Part shown: piece after piece, positions 37,701 through 52,700 of the stretch
How the letters are laid out: each line of letters starts with the position of its first letter
How positions within the stretch are numbered: the stretch's first letter is position 1
NCBI GenBank assembly: GCA_040954595.2
Contig: CM082592.2
Span: 7,427,677 to 7,491,676, forward strand
Length of the DNA: 64,000 nucleotides
Source: Balanoglossus misakiensis
Taxonomy: Eukaryota; Animalia; Hemichordata
Direction of reading: 5' to 3'
The notes under the pieces: model-generated
Told to the model about the DNA's origin: nothing
The model's database searches: none
The model's input: only the letters and a program-made list of their open reading frames with translations
Position numbers and translations under genes: made by a program

Positions 37701-40700
37701 GAACGAGAGGAAGTACATCCTGTTTGACGGCGACGTGGACGCCCTGTGGGTGGAGAACATGAACTCTGTCATGGACGACAACAAGCTGCTCACCCTGGCC
37801 AATGGTGAGCGTATCCGTCTGCAGAAACATTGTGCTTTACTCTTTGAGGTAAGTAAGGGGCAGATTGGGGATTGACAACTATTGGAAAATGTGTGTGTGC
37901 GTGTGTGTTAGCTATTAATTGTTTTGCAAGCATTAGCAAGATGAGTAATATAGCGCAGTGATTGGAAAAAAACGGGAGTGAAAGGGTTAAGACACAGGCA
38001 TCATATGATTTGATGCCATCAAGCATCTATAACCACTGACAGTTCTCTGTCCATAGAAACACCAACCATGAATTACATTTATGTCTAACTCACTGATATT
38101 TGACTATGCTTGCCCCCCCCCCCCACAGGTTGGTGATCTACAGTATGCCTCACCCGCCACCGTGTCCCGATGCGGTATGGTGTACGTGGATCCCAAGAAC
38201 CTGGGCTACCAACCCTACTGGGACAAGTGGATCAACTTGAGGCCGAGCAAGAGCGAGCAACAGGATCTGAAACGATTCTTTGACAAGTACGTGCCGCCCT
38301 GCATCGATATGATCATCGAGGGCATAGTCGACGGTCGACAGGGACAGAAAATGAAGACGATTATTCCCGTCACCAATCTCAATCTGGTGAGTGTGTGTCA
38401 TAAATCAATACGCAGTATCAGAAACCATTTTGCCCTGTGTAATCCAAACATCGGAACTGATAGTCACAGACGGGCCATTGCATTTTTGTCATGTAATGTG
38501 CAACTTCTACATGGTACAACCGTTCACCTCTTTCTCGTATGTAGAGATCCAACACTAAAACACTGTACTAGGACCAAACATAAGTGCTCAAGGGGTGGGT
38601 CCTTTCCTAAGTGGGGAAGTCAATATGTGTGCTTGTACATGGACGTTCTGATTTTTCTACAGGCTCGCACATGACCCTCCCTGCACCCAAATCACTGATG
38701 TGACGTACCCTTTCCTTGTTTTATAGGTCACCCAGCTGAGCTACATGCTGGATTCCCTGATCGACGGCGAGATCACCGAACCCGACGTGCTGGAGGCTGT
38801 CTTCCTGCAGGCGCTCTACTGGTCGGTGGGCGCCACCTTGCTAGAGGACGGCCGCATCAAGTTTGACGGCTTCGTCAAGTACCTGGCTTCCATGTCGGCC
38901 GTGCAGGACGACGACAAGAACCCGGCGGGCCCCGGCGAGCTGCCGGCCAACCACCCGATGCTCTACGAGTACTTCTTCGACCAGGAGCAGCTGAAGTGGA
39001 TCCCCTGGCACTCGCTGGTGGGCAGCTACGTCCACGACCCCGAGCGCAAGTACAACGAGATCCTGGTGCCCACCGTGGACACCACCCGCAACACCTGGCT
39101 CCTGAAGCAGCACATGAAGATCAGGCGTCCCGTGCTGTTCGTCGGCGAGACCGGAACCTCCAAGACGGCCACCATCCAGGACTTCCTCCGACAGTTAGAT
39201 CAGGAGTCGCATGTAGGTCTATATACAGGCAGAACATTTCAGATAAATATGGAACTTGAAGATCACGTTCTTGCATCATTTCTGATACTGTGATAGAAAT
39301 GAAGATGACAGCTACCCACTTTTCACTACAGGGAATACCATTTTGCAAACATAAGACAATCGATATACCTTATACATATACCAGCAGCTAGCAAGGCAAT
39401 GACATCAAGATAATTTTTTTCTTGTTTTTTTTTTCATGCAGCTGATTTTGAACATCAATTTCTCATCCCGTACCTCGTCCATGGATGTGCAGCGTAACTT
39501 GGAGGCCAACGTGGAGAAACGGACCAAGGACACCTTCGGTCCACCTCCAGGCAAACGACTGCTTGTCTTCATCGATGATATGAACATGCCACAGGTACGT
39601 ACCAACAGATCGGGGCCACTGTTAAGTTATCACTTTCCAAGCATTAAACAGTGAGCAATACATCACAAGGGAGAATATTTTTACCCAAGTAGATCTATCA
39701 CATAGACTGAATTAAAGATTCAGTCATCACATTACTGAAAAAAATACCATTATATTGTTAAAAAACCTATAAATCCGTAATGCAATGGAACAAGAACATC
39801 ATAACTTATAATTTCATAATTTCTATCCTGTATGTACAGAATTTGTTTTTCACTTTCGATTTTTGATATACTGTTTCCAGGTTGACCAGTACGGTACACA
39901 ACAGCCCATAGCTCTACTGAAACTTCTGCTGGAGAAAGGTGGCATGTACGACAGGGGCAAAGACCTGACCTTCAAGAACATCAAGGACATCGGCTACCTG
40001 GCCTCCATGGGCAAGCCGGGGGGCGGCCGCAACGAGGTGGACCCCCGCTTCATCTCCCTCTTCGCCGTCTTCAACATCACCTTCCCCTCGGAGGACTCGC
40101 TGAAGCACATCTACGAGTCCATCCTCAAGGGCCACGCCCAGGCCTTCTCGGAGCCCGTGCAGGGCATCGCCGAGACCATCATCCAGTGCACGCTGGACCT
40201 GTACAACCGCATCATCGTGGAGCTGCCCCCGACCCCCTCCAAGTTCCACTACATCTTCAACCTGCGGGACCTGTCCCGCGTCTGTCAAGGATTGTTGTTA
40301 ACGACCCCGGACCGTTTTGACGCCGTGCCCGGCTTTGTGCGAGTGTGGAGGAACGAGTGCCTGCGTGTCTTCTACGATAGGCTGATCAATGCTGAAGACA
40401 AGGAGCTTGTAGGAGTAAGTACATTCTATGTAGACACGCCATTACAAGAAACATTCTATAGATATCTATAGATTTCTATTGAATTTCTATAGAATTTCTA
40501 TCTTCATCTATTGATTTCTCTGTTGTTTTGGACCCTTTTTCTATTGAATTCTGTGGTGTATTTAATACCCTTTTGCCTCATTCCTCCATTCCTTCTGTAA
40601 TTTACAGTCTGGTCACATTGGTAACATACATGTAGGACCACTCTGCAGTTTTGTGATCAAATGTGAGAAAATGTAATGAAAACTGCACTGTGTCTTGACA

Positions 40701-43700
40701 ACACCTGTGTGAAGTTTCTTTTTGAATTTCTCCCTTCCATTTCAGTTCTTCCCAGGGTGCATTAAAGTTTGGTTTCTTGTTTTCAGCATTCCCAGACACT
40801 GACCAGATTGGCCTGTTTTTCTTTTTGTTTACGTTTCAAATCATTTGACAGATTATTTTTGAAAGTTTATAGTGGTGTCGGTGTACTTGTACGACCCTCG
40901 ATGTATCATCTTTATCTTGGAATTTACCATTTAAGATTTTGATTCCATTGTAGGGAGAGGAGGAGGTGTCGGCGGTGAGTTCTACCTTCATTAACACAAA
41001 CTCTCAGACATGTCTGGCTCTTCAGTCAATGAAACTTCCTATATTCAGACTTGAGCTTCTTATACATTCTTGACAGTTGCAAAACACACAGGACATGAAA
41101 AAAGAATGTGCCGATAATCTCCAGTGCAAGGGGCATTGATTTGGACTTACCAACTGCGGTTGTGTTTACTTAACACATGCCCCAATACCCTGTTCTTGTT
41201 TGTATTTATCATCAAACAATTTCTCCCATCCAGTTTCAGGGTAAAGACGTCATCACGGTGAGAAATGTTCGTGCTGGTAGTGTTCTTGTTGCATGCACTC
41301 CTGTTGATGTCAATTTGCAACTTCTTTAATTATTTTTTACAGTTTATTGCCTTACTTTTTTTTGTTAGCTGAAACATGTTATATATTTGTCTTTTTTCAT
41401 GTTTAACACTCACACTGGTGTGTGCATGTATGGCAGTTCAAAGCAGTACATTTTTTACAAGCATGCCTATTGCCAGTTTCCCCCTATAATAACCAAACTA
41501 TTATTTTTAATCAGGGTTTGATATGGTCTGCTCCAGTTTCCGTTTCCCATTTATGGGTCGATTTTCACATGCGATTGGCCAGATCTTTAGTATCCATGGC
41601 ATCTGTAACTATGTAATAATACAGTGGACTGTTTCCCATGGTTACCTCCCCATCTTCCCCATACAATAGTGTTCATCCCATAGACGTCCCATGCATATAT
41701 AGACTTTCAAACAACAAAACAACAACACAAATGTCAAATGATCATTTCAATCTACATTATGTCATTATTTATGTCTCATCAGGACAAAGCCAGGGTTCAG
41801 GTGAGTCTTGATATGATGTTTCCAAGCTGGCTCGTCCATCGTCAGTTGATCCGATTTGCTTTGCTTGGCAGCTTCACTTCCAAAGTCACTCACCCAGCGT
41901 CTTATATAAACCCATTCAGCACTAATGCGTATATAATCCAACCGCTTTTCCGTTGTATTTTGGACCCACGTGCAGTACAGCAGATGTGAAATGGACTCGC
42001 GTCACAGCCTGAGTGTGTGTACATGGCACCCATCCTGTTTTATGGTTTTTTTTGTTTCAGTGCAAACCAGCAGCTGACCAGTCATAAACCCCACCAGTGT
42101 TTAAGTCCTTTGTTTTAATATTATGCTACCACTGATTGCCTTTCTGAAGTATGGAAAGTTTTTTTTTTACATCCCACCACAGGATCAGCACTATTTACAG
42201 TCAACACAAAATGTACACAAACACCTCAAGCTGTTGTTGTATTACGGTTACATAAAAATGCAGTGTACAGTGTGGTATATCGTCGGTCACAGAATTCACA
42301 CACCATACAAAACCACAGGTGGAGCGAGTGGTTTCTCCACTCCCCCCTCCCCCCTGAAAATTTATTAGTAACCCCTTGATTCTCCCCCTCCCCCCACTTA
42401 CTGCAGGGCTTCATCAAGTCTATTCTGGAAGAACATTTCAAAGAACACACGGAAGAAGCAATGAGAGACCCCATCCTGTTTGGTGATTATCGAAGCGCCC
42501 TCGACGAGGGGGAGATCAGATTGTACGAAGATATTCAAGATTTTGACGCTTCCAAAGCATTGTTTCAAGAAGTAAGTTGGTGTTTGGTCTAAATATCACA
42601 GAATTTACTGTTACACTCCCACAAAGCAACAAGCAGGTAACTTGTTTTATGTGAATTGTAAATAAAATAACCAGTTTTATTTATTTATTTATTTGTTTGT
42701 TTGTTTGTTTATTTGTTTTGAGTAGATTCTAGAAGAATACAATGACAATCACACTCCAATGAACCTGGTTCTCTTTGACGACGCTCTCGATCACCTGACC
42801 AGAATTCACCGAGTGATTCGAATGGACCAGGGACATGCATTGCTTGTTGGAGTTGGTGAGTACGATCATTTGTACCAGTGCAGTTTTCAGAGACATGTAG
42901 ACAGTGGTCAAAATACGCGTGCAAAACAACTGAATTGCGTATTTCTTTACTTTGTGTTCTGAATAAGACTTAGAGGGCGCACTTGATGTTTCTGCTGAGG
43001 TGTTGCTGTGCTTGTACATGTATAAAATGTGTGTGTGTGTGTGTGTGTGTCAAATCAAAGTTAGTCTAATAAAATTTGATGTCATAGGAAATCTTACTGA
43101 GGGTGATGCACCAGTAGTAAACTGGTTTCGGCATATCTTTGTGTAAGAAATTGATGAGTGGAAATTGCCTTCTTGATAAATGCTTCATGGTAAATTTGAT
43201 CGACGTTGCATCACTCACATTTGTGACCTCTCCCCTCCCCCTCCCCCTCCCCCAGGTGGAAGTGGCAAACAGAGCTTGACAAGACTGGCGGCATTCGCTG
43301 CCGGATACGGGGTCTTTGAGATCACCCTGAGCAGGGGTTACGACGAGAACAGCTTCCGTGAAGATTTGAAGATCCTCTACAACAAACTGGGTCTGGAGAG
43401 GAAGAAAATGGTGTTCTTATTCACAGACGCACATGTCGCACAAGAAGGTAAACTTTCACATTTGATCTTTGCACTCACCATGTAAACGTTATTGATATAA
43501 AAATGTTGCAGAATAATAGAGTATCCCTTGTTGAAACCTTCAAAATTGCTTTTAATGTACACTGATTTGTGGTAAAATCGTGATTTCCCTGATATATAGT
43601 GACGTAGCCCCATCTGTAATTTTTCTTTGACTTGAATCATTTACACGCAATTAGGTAAGTGTGCAACATTATCGAACCTTTTTGAAGACGTGACTGGTTC

Positions 43701-46700
43701 GTCCTTCCACGTTTCCCTCCAATGGTTTCCATACCCATTATAATTCAGTGGAGACTGAGTCGTGACGATGACCTTATCTTGCGAAATCTTTCTTGTACTC
43801 CCTCATCCATGTAGGTTTTCTGGAGTTGATTAATAACATGTTGACATCTGGCATGGTTCCCGCTCTCTACCCTGACGATGAAAAGGAAGCCATTGTTGGA
43901 CAGGTAAGTTGTTATTTTCTGTTTTAATTGAGCATGTGTTTGTTGGAAATTAAGATTACTGTTTTTTTTTATGCCCCAGTGTTTAAAAAAACAAAAGACA
44001 ACAAAGTGTGTGCTAAAAACTCCAGACAACATCTGAGTGATAAAAATGATGCGCGTGTGGAGAAGAAAAGCAATGATTGCCGGTGGAAATAAATAATTTA
44101 CCATTACAAAGGAAAGTAATAGCAGAAGATTTGAATGTCAAAAGTACTAACTAACTATCACCATTCCATTCTGAAATCTAATTTGGCAAAAATTAAAATG
44201 GCAACTTGCAATCATTGCACTGGAAGGGATGAAATAAAAATCAAACATGTACATGTTTCTGTCTATGCAGATCCGCGATGAAGCCGCCAAACTTGGTATC
44301 GGTCCTGCCAGAGAGAGCATCTGGCAGTACTACATCAGCAAGTGTGCCAACAACCTGCACATGGTCTTGGCCATGTCACCTGTGGGCGACGTCCTGCGTA
44401 CTCGTTGCCGTAACTTCCCGGGTCTGGTGAACAACTGCAGCATTGACTGGTTCATGCCGTGGCCGCGCCAGGCCCTGGAGGCCGTCGCTAGTTCTTTCCT
44501 GGCTGGAGAAGATGTAAGTTGTTTTTCCTTTTTTTTTAAATTGCTATTCGGATTCTAAGATGGAATTTTTTTTTTATTTGTTATTTTTTAATACTTTGCA
44601 TCTCAACCTGATAATTACATTTTTTGTTTCATTTTTGACTTCAGATAAAGAGTATTCCTGATAAGTACAAACCAGCTGTTGTTGAACATGTTGTGTATGT
44701 CCATCAGTCAGTTGGCGAATACAGTACAAAGTTCCTGCAAAAGTTACGACGTAACAATTACGTCACACCAAAGAATTACCTGGACTTTACGTCAACGTAT
44801 CTCAAGTTACTGGATGAAAAGACGGAGTTCATTCTTGCCCAGGTAAGATTTTAAGAGTTAGAGAGAGGGGGGGGGGGGGGTACAAGAAGGAAGATAGGGG
44901 ACTGTGGTTGCAATCCCAGTATCCGAAACCAAGGCTGCAATAACGACTTCTCTGTAATACAGAAATTATCATTCAGGCTTTTCTTGCTATTCTGACTCAT
45001 GTTGACCAGTGGGCAACTTACAAAACTTTGCTGGTGATGATGATGGTGATCATGGGGGTGACGTTACCGCTGGTAGCGGTGGTGGCGAGGGTTGTGGTTA
45101 TGATGATGGTGGTGATGATGGTCGTCGTCGTGATGATGATCATGGTGGTAGTCGTGGTGGTGATGATGAGGAAGAGGAGGAGAACGATGTACTAGTAGAA
45201 CTGAAATCCACATGTGTTTCTTCCAACAGTGTACGCGTCTCGAAAGTGGTATGACGAAACTGGAGGAAGCCAGCATCCAGCTGAACGAACTGAACGAGAA
45301 ACTGGCCGTACAGAAAGTGGCCGTCACAGAAAAGACACTGGCCTGTGAGAAACTGCTGGAAGAAATCTCCTCCGGTACAGCTCAGGCCACGGAGAAGAAA
45401 CAAATCGCTGTCACCAAGAGCGTTGAGATCGAAGCACAGAGTAAAGTCATTGCAGTTGAAAAAGTGAGTGCTTTTAGTTAGAATTTTTTTTTTTTTAAAG
45501 GCAACAGTTTGGTACAGATTGATGCGTTACAATGAGAAAAGGGCTGAAAAATAGTTGCCATAGGCACTACCGTACTCGAGTTCAGCCCCAAACTCAAGTA
45601 GGATTGATTTACAGTCTGTAAAAAAATGGTGACTATCCTGATATATTACAGTGACACTCACAGATACTACAGGATGTACCAAGCATAAGGCCTAGGGGAA
45701 AAAAATACATTATAAGACACAGGAAAACTTCAGCAAAATATAAAACCAAAAGCATCTGTGAGAGAAACGATCTGGATCACACAATCAACAAAACTACCAC
45801 TCTCTGTTTTTAAACATATGCCCAATGTTGACACTGACACATTTGTTTTTACAGGCCGACGCTGAGGAATCGTTGCAAGAAGCCTTACCAGCCTTAGAGG
45901 CTGCCAGAATCGCCCTTCAAGATCTGGACAAATCGGACGTCACAGAAATTAGGTGAGAATTAACAAATTTAAGTGTAAAACAGTTGAATTTAAAAGTTTT
46001 AATATAGATACATTGGTATAAGCCAACACCCCAAATGCCAAAGATTGTAAGTTCACTAAATTTTGCCTGTTTGCTGTTGATCAGATCCTTTGCTAAACCT
46101 CCAAAGCCAGTGCAAACTGTCTGTGAGTGTATCGTGGTGTTGCGTGGCATCAAAGAAGTCTCCTGGAAGTCAGCAAAGGCGATGATGGCCGAACCCAACT
46201 TCTTGAAATCCCTGCAAGAGATGGACGTGGATAACATCTCTGGCGCTCAAGTAAGTCAACTATTAAATGCCGCGGTTTCAGTCTTGTGTTGAAAAAAGCG
46301 TGTGTGTGTGCTGTTTGAAAGAAAGAAAGCCTGTATGAATCAAAAAGGACAGCATTAGGAAAGGATACCATGAGTTAACCCTATCAGCCCTGTTTCCCTG
46401 TGAAGAGGTCCAACTATACCATAGAAAACAATGGACCTGGATCAAACTCTGGTGGTGAAAAGGGTTAAAGGCACACTTTCTTTATCAGCTTTGTATATAA
46501 ATATGTATACTTTCACTTGATAATAATTTCAATGGAGAATGTACTGGGCTCTACACCACAAAAACATTCAGCGTCAACAAGGAGTGTTGTTCCTTCACAG
46601 GTCAGAACGACCAAAGGCTTCTTGAAGGAGCTGAACACGACGCCGGCCGACATGAAGGACATCAGCAAAGCCGGCGCCGGTCTGCTGAAGTTCGTGGATG

Positions 46701-49700
46701 CCGTCATGGGGTACTGCGAGGTGGCGCGGGAGGTCAAGCCGAAGAGGGAGAAGGTGGCGCGGCTGGAGCGCTCGTACCACCAGGCCAAGCGCGACCTGGA
46801 CAAGATCACCAAGGAGGTGGACAAACTGGAGAGGGAGCTGGGCATCCTGGGCGACAAGTACGAGCAGGCCACCCGGGAGCGGCAGCAACTGCAAGAGGAG
46901 ACGGAGATCATGGAGAGGCGACTCATCGCCGCCGACAAGCTCATCTCCGGTCTGGGCTCGGAGAACGTCAGGTCAGTGTGGATGGCAGTGAAACAATGAC
47001 AACACAATGTACATATTAGTACTCATGGGATTTCAGTTCCGTTGTAAATATCACTGCTTCGAGTGTAAAATTTATTTTTACACCAGATCGCTTCACCTGT
47101 TTCACCCTTCTGTTTGTATTTTGTCATTGCAAATTCTCTCAGAATCTTCCTGTAACAATATGGCATCAAAGGTATTTACAGGTCCCCCAAAAAGCGATCT
47201 GGGACCGCTAACTTGGACTCCCAGTTTACCAGAAGTGCAGTGTGGGACTGGCCCCGGGTCACGTTTATGGAACAGATATCGCGAAGTGCACTTCACAAAG
47301 TTTGATTTAAAAAAAACCCCAACCCATTGAATGCATCTTTACAGATGGACAAAGGACTTAGAAGATTTGCGTCAACGCCGCATACGTTTACTGGGAGACT
47401 GTCTTCTGTGCGCAGGCTTTCTGAGCTACGTTGGCGCCTTCACCTGGGATTTCCGTAAAGATCTTGTCTACACCGAGTGGTTGAATGGCATAGCGGAAAA
47501 GGAGATCCCCCTGAGTGATCCATTCAGGCTGGAGAACTTGCTGACCGATGATGTAGAAATCAGCAGGTAATAGTGGTGTTCTGAAAACGCCCTTGTAAGG
47601 TGCTATTTTTTTTATATAATACAGGTGTATCTTTTGGTTGATAAAACAGTGTTGTGTACAGATAAAAATCATTCTGTAAAAAATACACTATTTTGTGCCA
47701 TGGCACGCTACTGACCACACTGAAATGAAATGTGATGCACATGTTTTCAGATGGGGCTCGGAAGGATTACCCCCAGATGAACTCTCCATTCAGAACGGCA
47801 TATTGACGACCAGGGCCAGCCGATTCCCCATGTGCATCGACCCGCAACAGCAAGCCTTGAACTGGATCAAGAAGAAAGAGGAGGCCAATAACCTCAAAGT
47901 AAGACTTTTAAAGGGTGAGGGTGCCGGGGGCTGGGGTATTGTATTTGTCAAGACCCAGTCGTTTGTTCGGTGACTGAAATGTCAAAGTGAAAACCATAGC
48001 TGGGTAGAAGTCTGTACATGTATAAATGATGGTTGTAAACAACATGGGCGTATCCAATTAGCAGTTAGCGCGAGACAGTATTCTGCAGAACATTTTTTAT
48101 CCAACACGTTTATTTTCCCTGAACTTTCACCATAATTGGAGACACGATTGCATAATAACCTCAATATGAAAATCCTACGATTGCGTAAGCGACCACAGAT
48201 TATTAAGGTCAAACACATGGTATAATTAGGTTTTTTTCTTTGCTCATTATCGTAGGTTTGTACCTTCAATGACCCTGACTTCCTGAAGCAGCTGGAAATG
48301 GCTATAAAGTACGGATTCCCTTTCCTGTTCCAAGATGTGGATGAATACATTGATCCTGTCATTGATAATGTGTTGGAGAAAAACATCAAAGGTAAAAAAA
48401 AAAACCCAGATTTTGACCACTTCTGAGAGGTGGCTTAATGTTACTGTAAAGACTTTGATATTTCACTGGGTCTTAATTTCACCATTTGACAAGACAGAAA
48501 ATGATGTCATGTTGCCTATGCTATGACTACCCATGTGAACATAGCCCAGTAATTAACATATGTCCTCTATATCCCATGAAAAATTTCATCACCACAGTTT
48601 GGTTTGTAGATTGAAATAATGCTAACTCATGGTTTCAGATCAAAATCATCTTTTAATGTAACTACATGTAACTGTGTCCCTTTTCATCCACAGGACAACA
48701 AGGCAGACAGTTTATTGTGCTTGGCGACAAAGAAGTGGACTATGATCCCAACTTCAGACTGTACCTGAACTCTAAACTCGCCAATCCCAAGTACACCCCA
48801 GCTGTTTTTGGCAAAGCCATGGTCATCAACTACACTGTAACTCTCAAGGTGAGCACAATAAAATATGAATAGTTCATTGAAAATCAAACTCTTAACATTT
48901 TTCTCATGACAGCTTTAGATTATTCTCTCTTAAAATTGAGAGTAAAAATTAGAGGTCGTCATACAGAATTGTGAATGAGAGAGCAAAATTGTCTCAAATT
49001 TGAAATTCAAAATGGCCACCAGTCTCTGTGTTAACTCTATGGAGAAATAATTTTAATAACGACGCCTCACAGACTTTGGTATATAGCAAGATTGAATAAG
49101 TTTAAAGGACAATCCTTTTTTTTAATTCATCTCTGAGACGCTTACTAAATACTACATTTAATATTTTACTTTTCTCAGGGTTTGGAAGATCAGTTACTTA
49201 GTGTGATTGTGGGCTTTGAAAGAAAAGAACTTGAAGAGCAAAGAGAAAGGCTGATCCAGGAGACCAGTGAAAATAAGAAACTGTTGAAAGATCTTGAAGA
49301 CTCTTTACTCAGAGAGCTGGCTACTTCCACTGGTAACATGTTGGATAATGTGGAACTGGTGCAGACATTGGAAGACACGAAATCCAAAGCAACAGAGGTA
49401 AGTTCTTATCTGCTGTTGGTTTTGGGAAAATTAGGTTTTCGAGACTAACCAAACCTGAACTATAATTATAAATACAATGTCATGTAGTGTGAAAGAAATA
49501 AACAATATAAATACAACCCCTTCACCCCCATTCCTTACACAGTGGTTGAGTCCAATTGTTAGAATAACAATAGGGTGCACTGATATTTCAAAGTTGAGAG
49601 GGGTGACATTCAAAAGCAACACTCACTCACTCACAGTTTTAACTGTCCTGTCTTGCCTAGGTATCAGACAAGCTGAAGTTGGCAGCCAAGACTTCTGCTG

Positions 49701-52700
49701 ACATCGACAAACTGCGTGATGGCTACAGACCAGCGGCCAAGCGCGGTGCCATCTTGTTCTTCGTCCTGGCCGAAATGGCGCTCATCAACTCCATGTACCA
49801 GTATTCCTTGGCCTCCTTCCTGGACGTTTTCCAGTACTCTCTCCGCAAGAGTCTTCCCGACTCCATCCTGGTCAAGCGTCTCAGGAACATCATGGATACG
49901 TTGACCCATAATGTGTACAACTATGCGTGTACAGGTAAAATATGTTCAGTATAGACAGGGTTCCAGATTAGTCAGTTCAAACAAGTTTGGTTGTATTTTA
50001 TGCATTTTAGGTCCCATTTGTGTATGTATATATACCATTGGGACCTTATTGGATTGGTTCTGTGTGTGTCTGTCTGTCTGTATGTATGTATGTAGTTTTT
50101 GTGTATGTCACATTTAGAGTGAAGTTTGGATTAAATTTCTGAAAATGTTGTTCCCTTGTCGCACACCCAGGTCTGTTTGAGAAACACAAGCTGCTCTTCT
50201 CCTTCCAAATGACGGCCAAGCTGGAGCAAGCCGAGGGCAACATGCCCCAGGACGAGCTGGACTTCTTCATCAAGGGCAACATCTCGCTGGACAAGAGCAA
50301 GAGAGGCAAACCTGCCAAGTGGATTCCCGACCAGAGCTGGGAAGACATCATGAGACTCAGCGAAACGTCCAACGAGGCCTTCGGGAATCTGCCCAGCGAT
50401 ATTGAGCGCGACCATATGGACTGGAGACAGGTGTGTTGTGGGCCGCTGGAGTTTTTTTTTTAAGTTGACGCAGATTTTGGTTGGATGCGTTGATAAATAA
50501 AATAGTGGTATATTTGGATTTTGACATTTATTTATTTAATCTCTTGCATTCTTGGAGTTTGTGATAATATAAACCCTGTGAGATTACAACTTTGAGCCTG
50601 TTGTTCACTCTTTTTCATTCATTGTTCGTTTCCAGTGGTATGATCTGGACTCGCCCGAGTCAGCCCCGTTGCCGGGGCGATACAAAGACAGCCTGTCCGA
50701 GTTCCAGCGACTGTGTCTGCTACGCTGTTTCCGCGTGGATCGCGTCTACCGAGCGGTGACCGATTTCGTGTGCACCCGCATGGGCGAGAAGTACGTCACT
50801 CCGCCGGTCATCAGCTTCGAGTCCATCTTTGAGCAGAGCAACCCCTTCGCGCCCATCGTCTTCATCCTGAGCCCCGGCTCCGATCCGGCCAGCGATCTGA
50901 CCAAACTGGCCGAGAGGTCGGGATTCGGTGGGAACCGACTCAAATTCCTGTCCATGGGTCAGGGCCAAGAAAAGGTGAGTGCTGTAAAACCTTCCTTGCT
51001 ATTTCAATATAATGAAGTGTTCTGAAATCATTTGTTCTTCAGTCCATTTGAATTCAAGGTTTTACCTATTATATTTTTGTAAAAAAAGTAAATCAATGAA
51101 GAGTATACAGTCTGGTTTAGCCATTGAGCATCATCGAGCAGAACAATTGTTTTGGGTTTGGGTACTGTATAAACTTTGTTGATTGATTGATTGATTGATT
51201 GATTGATGGGTGCTGCTTGTGTTCACAGATCGCCCTACAATTGCTGGAGACGGCCATTGCACGTGGACAGTGGCTGATGTTGCAGAATTGCCACTTGCTG
51301 GTCAAGTGGCTGAGGGAGTTGGAGAAGGCACTGGAGAAACTGGTCAAGCCTCATCCGGACTTCCGCTTGTGGCTGACCACCGACCCGACCCCAGACTTCC
51401 CTATTGGCATTCTACAACGCTCACTGAAGGTAAAGCAATTTTTCTCCCGGGAGTGGACAGGAACACCTCAGTGTAGAAACGGAGTGTGACAAGTTACTCG
51501 GACACTAATGAACCAGCAGCTTTCTGAATCGAGAGGCAGACAAAGCACTGTAACATATACTCTGCACTGATCTTGTGGAATATAGATATACATGTATAAA
51601 CTGGTGAAAAAAAACACAACAAAAAATCATGACCTCTTGTCCTCTGATCATTTCTCACCCAGGTTGTGACAGAACCGCCAAACGGCCTGAAGCTGAACAT
51701 TCGCAACACCTACTTCAAGATCTCGGCTCAGGCCCTGGACGACTGCCCCCACGAGGCGTTCAAGCCCCTAGTCTTCACCCTCTCCTTCTTCCACGCCGTG
51801 GTCCAAGAGCGGCGAAAGTACGGCAAAATCGGCTGGAACATCAGCTACGACTTCAACGAGTCCGACTTCCACGTCTGCATGAGTATACTCAACACCTACC
51901 TGACCAAAGCCTACGAGAACAACGAAACCAAGATTCCGTGGAACAGTTTGAAGTACCTCATCGGTGAAGTAAGTCGAGGAAATGCGGACAGCTCTGTGTG
52001 ATGTGTACTTTGACCAAGAAACCAAATTGCACCATGTAACATCAGAAGATTCTTTTATCCCTTTTTATCAAACATCAAATCCCATTATAGTCACTTGCTC
52101 TACACTTATCATGGCTATGTTATTTATACTTTCTTTCTTATGCTGGTATTATTTGTCGCCTCCTTAAAAAGTTGACTTACTCAAGAAAATTCAGTCTTGT
52201 ATGAAACATTCTCCATATTTTTGTACACTTCACCTCACGCCATCAATGTTGAGTCAACATTTTACCACGCATGTATTTTTCTTGCGTCGTCGCGTCCAGG
52301 TAATGTACGGAGGCCGTGCCATCGACAGCTTTGACCGTCGCGTGCTGAACACATACATGGACGAGTATATGGGTGACTTCATCTTCGACACTTTCCAACC
52401 GTTCCATTTCTACGTCAACGAGCAGGTGGACTACTGCATCCCGGAGACGGGACCCAGAGATAACTACACAGGTAAAAATCTCCCGTTGTTTACATACCAC
52501 TGTGGTGGAAGTATGGGCTTTAAAGGTATACGGTCACCGGTAATTCACAAATGCCTATAATATATGGTGACAAATTTACATACCTATTCCAGTAAGTTTA
52601 ACAATGTATTGCTGTGTACTGTCGTTGAAATTTTTTCTAAATTCTCAGTAACAACTAACACGCTCTTTTTTCGCCCTATGCAGACTACATTGAGACATTA

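Noticed and set aside
39140-39170. Non-canonical P-loop GETGTSKT in AAA3
   Set aside because: GxxGTSKT is the usual form in this dynein subfamily as recalled, not a lesion.
45009-45403. Asp/Gly-rich and poly-His ORFs
   Set aside because: Products of an intronic trinucleotide tract, out of frame with the next dynein exon and lacking convincing splice sites.
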